DNA of 64,000 nt from Candidatus Marinacidobacterales bacterium (GCA_965224085.1 CBDCYI010000004.1:800001-864000), one strand, 5' to 3'. Counted from the first letter of the stretch, positions 1-11,017 are shown. The notes: generated by a model from the letters alone, not told the origin. Program-made: numbers and translations.

Positions 1-154
1 AGACCAACTCCCCCTCTATCCGCGCTCCACCCCCACCTCGCAAACAAGGGCACCAGGACAGCCGTGGGCCTTTGAAATTGCCTTTTGACTGAAGAGGAAA
101 GTACACGGGTGCGTCCATATCTGTCAAGAACGTTTTTTAGCGTATGATGCTTTC

Positions 155-865
155 TTGAATACAGTCCTATATGTCTCGATTGCCGCTTTCACCGTAACGC
201 TCCTGAGCGGGCTTTTGGCGCTCTATTTGCACGACCGAAAAGCTGAAGTCTTCGCGTTTTGTGCCGGCGCGCTCATCGGAGGCGCGGTTATCGTGCTCCT
301 CCCCGATGCGTGGCAATTACTGGAAGAGAGCGACACTACACTCGGCTCCAGCGTCGTGTGGCTGTTCTGCGCCGTCGGATTTCTCAGCTTCTATCTGCTC
401 GAGCGTGGGAGCCACAAAAAGGGCAGAACGAGGCTCGCAGGGCTCGGCGGCGCGATCGGCCTGGCAACCCACAGCTTCTTCGACGGCGTGGTCATCGGCC
501 AAGGGTTTCGCGCGGGCGAGGATATCGGGGTCTCGCTCGCGCTCGCGGTCTTGCTTCATAAACTCGCCGACGGCGTGAGCGCCGTGGGCGTCATGCTCGG
601 CACCGAGCACAACGTGCGTGAGACGGTAGGAATGCTCGTCATCACGGCCGTGGCGCCAGTTTTTGGGGCTATCGCGCAGTCTTTTCTGGTACTGCCGACC
701 TCACTCCTCGCCCTGCTCTTGAGCTGTTTCGCCGGGATGTTCTTGTACCTCGCTGCGAGCCGACTCTGGCCCGAAGCGCGGCGGGCGAGCGCATCCATGG
801 CCGTCCCCGCGCTCTCGCTCGCGGGCGTCGCGGTCGCTTATCTCGCACACACCCTATCCCAGTAG
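155..865 (+). CDS. ZIP-family metal transporter (ZupT-like)
   Basis: Hydrophobic multi-TM protein with ZIP motifs HSFFDG and LHKLADG. Confidence 0.8.
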   Translation: MNTVLYVSIAAFTVTLLSGLLALYLHDRKAEVFAFCAGALIGGAVIVLLPDAWQLLEESDTTLGSSVVWLFCAVGFLSFYLLERGSHKKGRTRLAGLGGAIGLATHSFFDGVVIGQGFRAGEDIGVSLALAVLLHKLADGVSAVGVMLGTEHNVRETVGMLVITAVAPVFGAIAQSFLVLPTSLLALLLSCFAGMFLYLAASRLWPEARRASASMAVPALSLAGVAVAYLAHTLSQ

Positions 866-914
866 CGACGAGGCTAGGAATTCTGATAAAAGTACTCGTT
901 TGGGAGGCATCCAT

Positions 915-2497
915 ATGAAATCTAAGTGGCTCATCGCGCTGGTCCTGATTCTTTCGAGCGCCTGTATGGGCTACGCGCAACAGAACGTTCTCGGTACGAT
1001 CGACATTCCGAATTCCGGCTCCGCCGAAGCCCAGAACGCTTTTCTAAACGGCGTCCGCATGGTTCACAGCTTCGAGTGGGAAGACGCCATCGAAGCGTTT
1101 CAAGAAGCACAAAAGATCGACCCGGACTTCTACCTTGCCTATTGGGGTGAAACAGTGAGCCACTACGTAGGCCATCACTTCTCGGCGACGTCGACCGATG
1201 TCTCCGCTGGCCGCGCCGCTCTCAAGAAGCTCGGGACAACGAAAAAAGAGCGGCTCGAGAAAGCACCGACGGAGCGTGAGCGCGGTTACATGGAAGCGGT
1301 GGAGCTTCTCTTCGGTGCCGGCTCGCCGAAAGAGCGCTCGCTCGCTTATTCGGATGCAATGGGCCGTCTCTGGGAGGCTTATCCCGAAGACCACGAAGCC
1401 GCCACGCTCTATGCGCTGGCCTTGATGCGGACGAACGTTCGCGGCGAAGATAGCATCCGTGCGGACATGAAGGCCGGATCGATCGCGCAGTTGGTGTTCC
1501 GCGCCAATCCCGATCACCCGGGTGCCGCGCATTACGTTATCCACGCCTATGACGATCCGATCCATGCACCCATCGCGCTTTACGCAGCGCACAAGTATTC
1601 CGAGATCGCCCCGGCAGCCGTACACGCTCTACACATGCCGGCGCATATTTTCGTACAGCACGGTATGTGGGACCACGTCGTCGAGCGCAACACCGAGTCC
1701 TATGACGCCTCCGTCGCGCGCGCGAAGCGCAAGGGCTTGTCGCCGACGCGGCACTCGTGGCACGCGCTCTACTGGCTCCAATATGGCTACTTGCAGCAGG
1801 GACAATACGCGAAAGCCCAGGAGCAGATCGAGAAACTCCGCGTCATATCCAAGCGCGACGACGCGACGAGACGGCAGGGCAATACGCTCATGCGCATGGA
1901 GTCGCTCCAGGTCGTCGAGAGCGAGAACTGGAAAGTGAACGACATTGACACCGTCCTCGAGCAAGTGCGCGGAACCGGAGAGATCGACGAGCGCGCCGCC
2001 GCGGCCGCGAAGAAAGCCGCCGCCGGGCTCAAAGACCTTACCGCGAAGATGGAAGAGGATGCTCCCGGTCGGGAGCAAGTCACCATTTCCTGGATGGAAG
2101 TGGACGCCGTTATCGCCGAGGCCGAAGGCCGAAAGAGCGACGCCTTGGCTCTCATGAAAGAGGCTGTGGCGGTTGCCGAGACCCTCGTTCCACCGTCGGG
2201 ACCTCCAGGAGAATCTGCTACGGACACGCCGTGAAGCCTCCGCACGAGCTCTATGGCGAAATGCTCCTCGGACAAGGCATGGAAGAAAAGGCGCTCGAGC
2301 AATTCGAGACCTCGCTTCTTCGCACGCCCAACCGGGCGCGCTCGCTTCTAGGGGGCGCGCGGGCGGCCGTCGCGAATGGCAAGACCGAGCTCGCACGGGA
2401 GTTCTACGAAGTCCTGGCGCACTTAGCGGGCGCCGGGCCGAACCTTCCCGGCCAGAACGAAGCGCAGCAATACGTCGCATCCACGGAAGATCACTGA
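915..2497 (+). pseudogene. Secreted TPR-like protein, split by frameshift near 2230
   Basis: Signal peptide MKSKWLIALV, PDHPGAAHY and HALHMPAHIF motifs; the C-terminus (VKPPHELYGEMLL...PNRARSLLG) continues in another frame at 2231-2497. Confidence 0.7.
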
Positions 2498-2513
2498 AGC
2501 TGAGGTTGACGCG

Positions 2514-3755
2514 GTCGAATTTCATATCGATGCCGAAAGGCTGAAGGGCTTTCTCACCGAGATCGCCGCCTTCGGGAAACGGCCGGAAGGCGGGGTCTCC
2601 CGCCTCGGCTTCTCCGAGGCTGACGAGCAGGCGCGAGCTTGGCTCGTCGCCAAGATGCAAGAGACCGGGCTCGACGTCTGGGTCGACGCTGCGGGAAACA
2701 TCCACGGGCGGCGCGCCGGGTCGGAGCCCGGCCTCCCCGTCATTCTTTTCGGCTCCCATATCGATTCGGTCCCCGAAGGTGGGATTTTCGATGGCACGTT
2801 AGGGAGCCTCGGCGCTCTCGAAGTCCTGAAGACGTTTTCCGAGCGAGGCCGCGAGTCGCGCCATCCGCTTCAGATGGTCGTATGGGCCGACGAAGAGGGA
2901 GTTCATTTCGGGCAAGGCCTTTTCGGAAGCCGCGCGGCTACCGCGGGTCCACATCACAGCGAGCTCGATCTGACGGGCTCAGACGGCAAGAGTCTCTCGG
3001 AGTGGCTCGAGCGCTATGGACAGCGCCCTTCGGAGATCGATTCGGCGGTCTTGAACCCGAGAGACTTCGCTGCTTACTTCGAGCTTCACATCGAGCAGGG
3101 TCCCAAGCTCGATCGCCAAAGTGTTCCCATCGGGATCGTCGAGGGTATCGTCGGTATCTACCGCTTCGAAGCGACCGTCGAGGGCTTTGCGAACCACGCA
3201 GGTACGACCCCCATGCATGAGCGGCGTGACGCCATGTTCTCGGCCGCGAAGCTCACGCAAGCCGTACGCGAAGAAGTGATGGCGAAGCCGGGCCGTCAAG
3301 TCGGCAATGTCGGCTCGTTGAAGGCTTTTCCTGGAGCACCGAACGTCATTCCAGGACGGGTTCAATTTCCTATCGAGCTTCGCGATATCGATGAAGCCGT
3401 CGTCATGGAGGTGCTCGGGCGCATTCGCGGCCGCGCCGCCGTCATCGCACGGGAGGACAGCACCACGATCGGGATCGCACCTTTCGCCTCGGAGCGACCC
3501 GCCTCAACGGATACGGGACTCCAAGAGCAAATCCATCGCGCAGCGCGTGGTCTCGGCCTCGATACGATCCGGCTTCCAAGCGGCGCGGGGCATGACGCAC
3601 AAAACGTGTCCAGCCACGGCATCCCGACAGGAATGATCTTCGTGCGCAGCAAAAACGGCGTGAGCCACAATCCCAACGAGTGGACCGAATGGGACGACTG
3701 CGCGCGCGGAGTCGAAGTCCTCTATCAAGCCATCGCCGAGCTCGATGCCCGATAA
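2514..3755 (+). CDS. M20-family Zn hydrolase (N-carbamoyl-amino-acid/allantoate amidohydrolase)
   Basis: GSHIDSV, DG, DEEG, ELHIEQG, NHAGTTPM and SGAGHDA motifs; homology extends upstream of the ATG at 2655 to about 2514 (VEFHIDAERL) without a canonical start. Confidence 0.85.
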   Translation, partial: VEFHIDAERLKGFLTEIAAFGKRPEGGVSRLGFSEADEQARAWLVAKMQETGLDVWVDAAGNIHGRRAGSEPGLPVILFGSHIDSVPEGGIFDGTLGSLGALEVLKTFSERGRESRHPLQMVVWADEEGVHFGQGLFGSRAATAGPHHSELDLTGSDGKSLSEWLERYGQRPSEIDSAVLNPRDFAAYFELHIEQGPKLDRQSVPIGIVEGIVGIYRFEATVEGFANHAGTTPMHERRDAMFSAAKLTQAVREEVMAKPGRQVGNVGSLKAFPGAPNVIPGRVQFPIELRDIDEAVVMEVLGRIRGRAAVIAREDSTTIGIAPFASERPASTDTGLQEQIHRAARGLGLDTIRLPSGAGHDAQNVSSHGIPTGMIFVRSKNGVSHNPNEWTEWDDCARGVEVLYQAIAELDAR

Positions 3756-5382
3756 CGACGCGCTTCTGGCGCGCGCCCGCGCCTTTTTGGAGCACGATGT
3801 AGACCCGGACGATCGAGCAGAGCTCGAATCGCTTCTGAAAGCAGGCGATCGTGAGGAGCTGGCCGAGCGCTTCCGAGGCCTGCTTACTTTCGGGACCGCG
3901 GGGATCCGCGGGATCCTCGGCGCGGGCGAAAGCCGCATGAACCGCAGCCTCGTAATTCGCCTGACGCATGGCCTCGTAAGTTATTTGCTCGAAGTAGTGC
4001 CGGACGCAGCGCGCCGCGGTATCGCCATCGAGCGGGACGGCCGTCATCGCTCCGAGGTCTTTCAGAAAGACGTGGCCGCGGTCGCCGCTGCCCTCGGCGT
4101 GCGCGTCCACTGGATCGAAGGGCCCAACCCGACGCCGCTTCTCGCATTCGCCGTCAAACATTTGGGCGCCGCTGCGGGCATCGTGATTACGGCATCCCAC
4201 AACCCACCGGAATATAACGGCTACAAGGTCTATTGGGAGAACGGCGCCCAGATCATTCCGCCCGTGGACGCGGGGATCGCTGCCGCTATCGATGCGGCGC
4301 CTCCCGCCAACGCTATCCTGCGAGAGGAAAACTCGGCCCTCGTTGAGAAAGTTGATCTCATGGCGGACTATCTCGACGCCGTCAACAGGCTCGCGCTCTC
4401 GAAGGAGACCGACACGTCGAGCTTCGCTGTCGCCTACTCCGCGCTACACGGCGTCGGACAACGGCTCTTTTTGGAAGCGCTCGGCCGTCGCGGCTTCAAG
4501 AAGCTCTTTCCCGTTTTCGAGCAGGCGGTACCGGATGGCGACTTCCCTACCGTTCGCTTTCCGAACCCGGAGGAGCCCGGAGCGCTCGACCTCGTCCTCG
4601 GTGAGGCAAAGCGCCACGGCTGCCCGCTCTTGCTCGTCAACGATCCCGATGCGGATCGACTCGGCGCGGCCGTGCGCGATCCTGAAGGACGCTACACCGC
4701 TTTGAGTGGCAACGAGGTTGGCGTTCTTTTGGCGTCCTACATCCTTGTACGCACGCGAGAAGAGATACCACTCGTGGTCTCGACCGTCGTCTCGTCTCGT
4801 ATGGTAGAGACGATGTGCTCCGAGCTCGGCGTGCGCTACGAGGACACGCTCACCGGCTTCAAATGGATCGCCAACGAAGCGTTGCGCCTCGAGGCGGTAG
4901 AAGGATGCCGTTTCGTCTTTGGCTTCGAAGAAGCGCTCGGCTACACCGTCGGAACGGTCGTGCGCGATAAAGACGGCATCAGCGCGGGCTTGCTGCTCGC
5001 GGAGATGGCGGCGGGGCTCGCGGAGAACGGCGAGACGCTTCTCGATGAGCTCGACCGGTTGCGCGAGCGCTACGGCCGCTTCGTGAGCCGTCAGAAGAGC
5101 TTCACGCTGACGGGTGAGGAGGGCGCGCGTGCCATCGAAGACGCCATGCGGAAGCTGCGGGACGAGCCGCTCGACCAGATTGCCTCCGAGCGGGTCCGCT
5201 TTCACATCAGGGACAGTGTCTTGATCTACGACCTCGAAGCCGGCGGGCGGATCGCCGTCCGCCCGAGCGGCACCGAGCCCAAGCTCAAGTTCTATCTCGA
5301 GCTCGTCGGCGCCGACGCCGAGTCTCGACTCGATGCCGTCGAACGTGACCTACTCCGCGCGGCGGGCCTCGAATCCCACTGA
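3745..5382 (+). CDS. Phosphoglucomutase/phosphomannomutase
   Basis: FGTAGIRG, TASHNP, DPDADR, GFEEA and RPSGTEPK motifs. Confidence 0.92.
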   Translation: MPDNDALLARARAFLEHDVDPDDRAELESLLKAGDREELAERFRGLLTFGTAGIRGILGAGESRMNRSLVIRLTHGLVSYLLEVVPDAARRGIAIERDGRHRSEVFQKDVAAVAAALGVRVHWIEGPNPTPLLAFAVKHLGAAAGIVITASHNPPEYNGYKVYWENGAQIIPPVDAGIAAAIDAAPPANAILREENSALVEKVDLMADYLDAVNRLALSKETDTSSFAVAYSALHGVGQRLFLEALGRRGFKKLFPVFEQAVPDGDFPTVRFPNPEEPGALDLVLGEAKRHGCPLLLVNDPDADRLGAAVRDPEGRYTALSGNEVGVLLASYILVRTREEIPLVVSTVVSSRMVETMCSELGVRYEDTLTGFKWIANEALRLEAVEGCRFVFGFEEALGYTVGTVVRDKDGISAGLLLAEMAAGLAENGETLLDELDRLRERYGRFVSRQKSFTLTGEEGARAIEDAMRKLRDEPLDQIASERVRFHIRDSVLIYDLEAGGRIAVRPSGTEPKLKFYLELVGADAESRLDAVERDLLRAAGLESH

Positions 5383-5384
5383 TT

Positions 5385-5503
5385 CCAACGCTTCGGGAGG
5401 TTTGCCGTAGGCTCGCGTTCGGTCCCTGTCGCTAGACGAGCTGGACACATACTTGGAGCGCGTGCGCTCAGTTGAAACCCTCGAGGAAATGGGCCTCAGC
5501 TGA
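5385..5503 (+). pseudogene. C-terminal remnant of an Rpn/DUF4351-like protein
   Basis: Manual translation QRFG...ARVRSLSLDELDTYLERVRSVETLEEMGLS*; no N-terminus. Confidence 0.4.
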
Positions 5504-5510
5504 CCCGTTT

Positions 5511-6499
5511 CTACGGCACCACCGAGAGCTCGAGGTACGACGCGTGCGACCGCGAGCGATAGATGGTGTGGGTCGCCGCCTGGAAATCGGATTCTTTGGC
5601 AGTGTAGATATCGACGAAGGTCTGCGGGTTGCGGTCGATGACAGGAAACCACGTGCTTTGAATTTGCACCATTATGCGATGACCCTTCTCGAACGTATGG
5701 TTCCGGTCTCGCAGGCTGAACTCGATGGGAGTCGTCTGTAAAGGAACCAACGGCTGCGGGTGGGCGAAGCTGTTTCGGAACTTCGCACGCAACACTTCCC
5801 CCGCCAGAAGCATTCGAGAAAGAAGCGATAGCCATCCGGCGTCTTGTAGTCGAAGGCTTTCACGCGCTCGGTCGTCAGCTCGTCGCGCACTTGGGCGTTT
5901 TTGGAGAGCCAGCTAAAAGCATACATCAGACGGAACGCACCGTTGTGATGCCAATCGTCACCGATAAACATGTCCGAGGGTGAGGCTTGCGGGGAGGACG
6001 CCACGAGCGCCGGGTGCGCATCGATCATGCCCATGACGGTCTGGAATCCCGGATAGGATACACCGTATTGCCCAACTTTGCCGTTATGGTTCTCGACGTT
6101 TCCAAGGAGCCACTCGATCGTGTCGTAATTGTCAGTGCTGTCGTCGGATCCTCCGTCGGAGTCGTAGGCGCGCATTACGACGAACTCTCCCTCCGAGCGG
6201 AACTTTCCGCGGACATCCTGAAAGACGAATATGAACCCTTCTTCGTCGAAGGCCGGCGACGGACCGAGTTGATCTCGATATTCGTCCGGGCCATAGGGCG
6301 GGATGGAGTAGGGCGTGCGCAGCAACAAGATCGGATAAGTCTCGGAGCGTTCCTTCGGCTCGTAGAGGATGGTGAAGAGCTGAACGCCGTCCCGCATCGG
6401 AACCATGACCTCGCGCTTCGTATAGTGCTCGCGGACGTCGAGCGCGGACGCGGCGGCGCTCGCGAGAAACCATGCCGCCACGAGCCCGGCGCTTTTCAC
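5511..6499 (-). pseudogene. CocE/NonD (S15-like) hydrolase with large internal deletion
   Basis: N-part has RTPY, DVRG and GVSY; near 5815 it jumps out of frame to the C-terminal HTFEKGHRIMVQIQSTWFP segment. Confidence 0.85.
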
Positions 6500-7905
6500 T
6501 TCAACCCCACGAGTCCATCCACCGAGTCGATGAGCTTTTTCGAGTCGTAGCCCACGCCATCCTTGAAGACCGTAATCACGTTTCGGATCTCGTTAGGCCG
6601 CGCCACCGGGTCCCCTTGGATGACGACGAGGTCGGCGATCTTCCCTACCTCGACGGAGCCTAGATCCTCGTCCACGCTCAGCACTTTCGCACCGTTTAGC
6701 GCAATGATTTGAATCGTCTCCGCGGGCGTGAACTCCGCCTCGAGCAAGAGCTCGTAGTTTCTCTGATCGCCAAATCCCGGAAGGGCACCGCCATTTCCCG
6801 TAGGGTCGACACCGGAGGCAAGCAAGCCGCCCGCTTTGAAGAAAGCGTACTCGAACGCTTGCGCCCGCGGGAAGAGATCCGCCATCACGGAATCGCTCGC
6901 TTGCTTGTTGATCTCCTCGCGACGCGCCAAGTATTCGTCGCGCGCGCCCGGAGCCAGGGCTGTCATCGTGCGGGCGTCGAGAGGCGGGCGATCGGGAACA
7001 GAGAGCTCATAGACGGCAAGGGTCGACGTCATGGCAACCTCGTTTCGGATCATGTGGTCGATCGTCGCCTTCACCGGCTCGCTATCGATGTCGATCGTCC
7101 TCAAGCTGTCGCGAAATCCAGGTGGACACTCATCGGGCTTCTTGTCCTCGTCATATTCCGTATTCGCGAAAAAACCGTGCTCGAGGCTGTCAATGCCGAG
7201 GTCGACGGCTTCACGATACGTGACCGAGCACAAATGCCCGGTGAATTTCAAGCCGCGGCTATGCGCTTCTTCGATCGCCGCTCTGAGCTCCGCTCGAGAG
7301 ATACGGGTATAAGCCTTGAACCACGTCGCACCTTCTTCGGCCCAATAGGCGACGACGCGCTTCGCGTCTTCCGGCGTTCCTACTTGGGTCATGTAGGTGC
7401 TCGCGCCCGGGCCGGTGATGTAGGGGCCCGTTACGTGCATCCTCGGGCCGACGATCTCGCCTTGCTCAACGGCGCGCTTCATGTTGATCTCGCTATAGGG
7501 CGAGTAACTTCCCGTGGTGCGGATCGTCGTCACCCCGCTCGCTAGGTAGAGTCGCGGTGAGGTCACGTTCATCTGAGATTGGCGCGCGGAAGTTGTATAG
7601 AACGTGTGGTTGTGCACGCCGACGAGGCCGGGAATGACGGTGTACCCGGAGAGATCGAGTCGCTCGGCGCCGTCTGGAATGGGCACGTTGTCGCCTACCG
7701 CACGGATACGCGCATTCTCGACGAGGATCGTTTGGCCGGACTTCGGCGCCACGCCCGTACCGTCGATCAATTGAACGCCGACGAGCGCCACAACGGGCGC
7801 ATCTACGCTTACAAAAGCGCGCGCTTGCTCCGAGAGCTGGCTTGCGGGCTGCGCCATCGCCCAAGCGGGAGAGAATATCAAAAACGCTAGAAAGCATTTA
7901 CGCAC
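6496..7905 (-). CDS. Amidohydrolase superfamily protein (secreted)
   Basis: IPGLVGVHNH, SLEHG and GSVEVGKIADLVV motifs; signal peptide. Confidence 0.85.
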   Translation of the reverse strand: MRKCFLAFLIFSPAWAMAQPASQLSEQARAFVSVDAPVVALVGVQLIDGTGVAPKSGQTILVENARIRAVGDNVPIPDGAERLDLSGYTVIPGLVGVHNHTFYTTSARQSQMNVTSPRLYLASGVTTIRTTGSYSPYSEINMKRAVEQGEIVGPRMHVTGPYITGPGASTYMTQVGTPEDAKRVVAYWAEEGATWFKAYTRISRAELRAAIEEAHSRGLKFTGHLCSVTYREAVDLGIDSLEHGFFANTEYDEDKKPDECPPGFRDSLRTIDIDSEPVKATIDHMIRNEVAMTSTLAVYELSVPDRPPLDARTMTALAPGARDEYLARREEINKQASDSVMADLFPRAQAFEYAFFKAGGLLASGVDPTGNGGALPGFGDQRNYELLLEAEFTPAETIQIIALNGAKVLSVDEDLGSVEVGKIADLVVIQGDPVARPNEIRNVITVFKDGVGYDSKKLIDSVDGLVGLK

Positions 7906-7918
7906 GGGACCTCCTTGT

Positions 7919-9967
7919 TTACTCGACGTTGAAGACGAGCTTCATGCCGGTCTCGAGGTGTTCGGCAATGTGGCAATGCGCCATCCATTGCCCTGGGTTC
8001 GAAAGCTCCAAAAGAATGTCGGCCGTCTCGCCCACGCTCAAAAGCATTGTGTCCTTCCAAACGAGGTTGTCGTTTGGGGCTCCGTTTCGCGACAGCACGA
8101 GAAAGCGCTGGCCGTGAATATGGAAAGGATGCTGCATCGCGTGGATGGCTTCCCGGTCATTGACGAGACGGATCTTGACGGCGTCGCCGACGTCGAAGCG
8201 CCAATCGATATCCATGTTCTCCTTGCCGGAATCCGTATCGCGTAAGATCCAAGTGGCTTCTCGGCTCGTGGAGGTGAAGTTCATCATCGGCATCGTGCCG
8301 CTCCACTCAACAGGGGTGAAAAAAATGCGGTCGGCCCGCATCCGTTGCATGAGCTTTGGTGGCAAGTCCGAGACTCGTAGGGTGAAGACGAGCTCGCGAT
8401 CCACGGGTCGGTCGAAAACGGCGCGGTAAGGTGCTACGTCCCGCACCACATCGTCATGCGTGCGGAGCTTCCGGAAGGTATCACGAAGACTTGACCCCGC
8501 CGCCTCGCCTGAGACATTGATCGTCCCGAGCTCGGTACGCTCCGCGAAGAAGCTCCCGAAGCTATGGTCGAGAATCTGCACGTGGTTCACGAGCGGCGAG
8601 GTCTCGTCGAACAACACTTCGACGATGTAGCGCTCGGCTGGTGCTACGACGACCGATTCCGCCCAGACTTCTTTCTCGAACTTCCCAAGATCGGAGCCGA
8701 CCACTTTGATGCGAGACTTGCCGAACGACAAATTGTACGTCCGCGTGTTCGACACATTCGTGAGAAAGAAACGGACGACTTCGCCCTTGTGGACGGCGAG
8801 CTCGTATTTCGGCTCGCCGTTCACGAGGAGCACGTTCCCGAAACGGCCCATCAGCGCGTGCGTCGCCGCCTCCGTACCGAAAGGAAGAAGACCGTGCTCG
8901 CCGACGAGCAGATCATCGAGCATCAGGACCTCTTCCCGATGCACGTCGTTGAAGAAATCCGGCTCGGGCGAGCTTACGAGCATGTTTCCGTACAGCCCGA
9001 GATCTTGCTGAATGTCCTCGCGATGATGGGGGTGGTACCAATAGAGGCCCGCATCGCGAAAGAAAATCCGGTACTCGAAGCTCTCGTTCGGCTCGACCGG
9101 AGCTTGCGTGACGCCGACAACGCCATCGTAGCGGTTTTCGAGCCGCACCCCGTGCCAATGCACCGAGGTCGGTAGGTCGGTTCGATTCGTGAAGTTCACC
9201 GTGATCGTCGCGTTCTGTTCGACGGCGATGAGCGGCCCAGGATACTGGCCGTTGAAGCCGTACATGATGGTGTTGTGGCCATGAATCGTACGGCGGACGA
9301 GGCCCGCTTCTAGACGAAGCGCCTGTCCATCCGCAAGACGCACGAGCTCTCGCGGCCGTGCGGTCGGCACGTCCTGGCCTCGATCGACCTTCGGTAGGAA
9401 CGGTTTCACGTCCGGCCTCAAGTCTTCGAGCCCCGGGATCATTGCGATCTGCGGGTGCATCGGCGGGTGTGGCCACGCGCCCACGTGCGCGCTAGCGCCC
9501 GCATCCACGGGTGGCAGCATCAAGTGGTTGTCGGGCTGAATGCTCATGCTCGGCGACCGGCCGCGCAGGACCAAGCGTCCCTCGCGGGTCACGACATCCC
9601 GCGACGCTTCGGCAGAAACGAGCACGACGAACTGATTCAGCTCGACCCGGCCGAGATGGAGGTTGTCGCCGTTTTTCACCTCGCCGAGCTTGATGAGTGG
9701 ATGCATCAAGGGCGTCGTTACCCAGGCGACATAAGTCGCGTAGGCGCCGAGGCTTTTCGGATCGGGGAGTCCCGAAAGTGCTAGCGAGAGCTCGTAACGA
9801 TGATGCCCTTCCGCCGTCACTGCGATCCCGAAAGGTGTTCGCGCCCAGCCGAGCTCGGCCGTCCCGGCCACGTTTCGCAGGTCGGGCGTCGGAACGAGAT
9901 CGATCGTGTAGATATCGGGATGGCCCGCTTGCGTGAGCGCGAGAAAGGCCAGAAAGACCGCTCCCAT
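7919..9967 (-). CDS. Multicopper oxidase
   Basis: Four copper motifs HWHG, WYHPH, HPFHIHG and HCHIAEH; likely start at MGAVFLAFL (9967). Confidence 0.9.
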   Translation of the reverse strand: MGAVFLAFLALTQAGHPDIYTIDLVPTPDLRNVAGTAELGWARTPFGIAVTAEGHHRYELSLALSGLPDPKSLGAYATYVAWVTTPLMHPLIKLGEVKNGDNLHLGRVELNQFVVLVSAEASRDVVTREGRLVLRGRSPSMSIQPDNHLMLPPVDAGASAHVGAWPHPPMHPQIAMIPGLEDLRPDVKPFLPKVDRGQDVPTARPRELVRLADGQALRLEAGLVRRTIHGHNTIMYGFNGQYPGPLIAVEQNATITVNFTNRTDLPTSVHWHGVRLENRYDGVVGVTQAPVEPNESFEYRIFFRDAGLYWYHPHHREDIQQDLGLYGNMLVSSPEPDFFNDVHREEVLMLDDLLVGEHGLLPFGTEAATHALMGRFGNVLLVNGEPKYELAVHKGEVVRFFLTNVSNTRTYNLSFGKSRIKVVGSDLGKFEKEVWAESVVVAPAERYIVEVLFDETSPLVNHVQILDHSFGSFFAERTELGTINVSGEAAGSSLRDTFRKLRTHDDVVRDVAPYRAVFDRPVDRELVFTLRVSDLPPKLMQRMRADRIFFTPVEWSGTMPMMNFTSTSREATWILRDTDSGKENMDIDWRFDVGDAVKIRLVNDREAIHAMQHPFHIHGQRFLVLSRNGAPNDNLVWKDTMLLSVGETADILLELSNPGQWMAHCHIAEHLETGMKLVFNVE

Positions 9968-10006
9968 GGCAGCGGAGTATATCGCGATCGGATACGATGA
10001 CACGCC

Positions 10007-11017
10007 GTGAAAGCTGCTGTCATCGAGAAACAAGGCGCCCTCGAAAACCTCGTCTACCGTGACTGGCCCGATCCCGAGCCGGGTCCGAACGACATTGTCG
10101 TCCGCGTTGCCGCCTGCGGGCTCAACCACCTCGACATTTTCGTCCGTCGAGGCATGCCTGGCCTTCCCGTAGCCGTCCCTTTCATTTCAGGCGGCGACAT
10201 TGCAGGCACCGTGCACAGGTTAGGCGACCGGGTCAAAAGCGTCCACCTCGGCGACCGCGTCCTCCTGAACCCGTCCTCCGAAGAGGGCATGCTAGGCGAA
10301 ACGCTCCCCGGTGGCATGGCCGAGCTCGTACGCTCCCGAGCATCCCACGCGCTCCCTATCCCGCCCGGCGTCGACTTCGACGGCGCCGCCTGTCTTCCCG
10401 TCGCCTACGGCACGGCGTGGCAGATGCTGCGCGAGCGCACGACGATCGAAAAAGGCGAAACCGTGCTCGTGCTCGGCGCGAGCGGCGGCGTGGGCACCGC
10501 TTGCATTCAGATCGCCAAGAGGCTCGGTGCCCGCGTCATCGCCTGTACGAGCTCTGAGGCGAAAGGCCAAAAACTCAAGGCGCTCGGCGCCGATGACATC
10601 ATCCATACGAGCCGAACGGATTTCAGCCGCGAGGCGTGGCGGCTCTCCGGAAAAAAGGGCGTCGACGTCGTCGTGAATTACACGGGTGGCGACACGTGGG
10701 TGCCTTCGCTCAAAACACTCAGAAAACGCGGCCGGCTTCTCACTTGCGGCGCCACAGCCGGTTTCGAACCGCCCACCGATATTCGCTATATCTGGGTGCG
10801 AGAGCTGAGCATACTCGGCTCGGACGGCTGGACGACGGAGGGCATCCGCGAGCTTCTCGACGAAGTGGCCGCGGGACGTATCACGCCTACTCGACGAAGT
10901 GGCCGCGGGACGTATCACGCCTATCATCGTCGCGTGCTCCCACTCACCGAGGCGCGCGAGGGTGAGAAGCTTCTCGAAGACCGCGCCGTCTTTGGAAAGG
11001 TGATTTTGAGACCGTGA
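10007..11017 (+). CDS. MDR-family (quinone oxidoreductase-like) dehydrogenase
   Basis: GLNHLD, GASGGVG and FGKVIL motifs; internal 34-bp duplication. Confidence 0.85.
   Translation: MKAAVIEKQGALENLVYRDWPDPEPGPNDIVVRVAACGLNHLDIFVRRGMPGLPVAVPFISGGDIAGTVHRLGDRVKSVHLGDRVLLNPSSEEGMLGETLPGGMAELVRSRASHALPIPPGVDFDGAACLPVAYGTAWQMLRERTTIEKGETVLVLGASGGVGTACIQIAKRLGARVIACTSSEAKGQKLKALGADDIIHTSRTDFSREAWRLSGKKGVDVVVNYTGGDTWVPSLKTLRKRGRLLTCGATAGFEPPTDIRYIWVRELSILGSDGWTTEGIRELLDEVAAGRITPTRRSGRGTYHAYHRRVLPLTEAREGEKLLEDRAVFGKVILRP
10856..10923 (+). repeat. Perfect 34-bp tandem duplication
   Basis: ctcgacgaagtggccgcgggacgtatcacgccta at 10856-10889 and 10890-10923. Confidence 0.95.
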
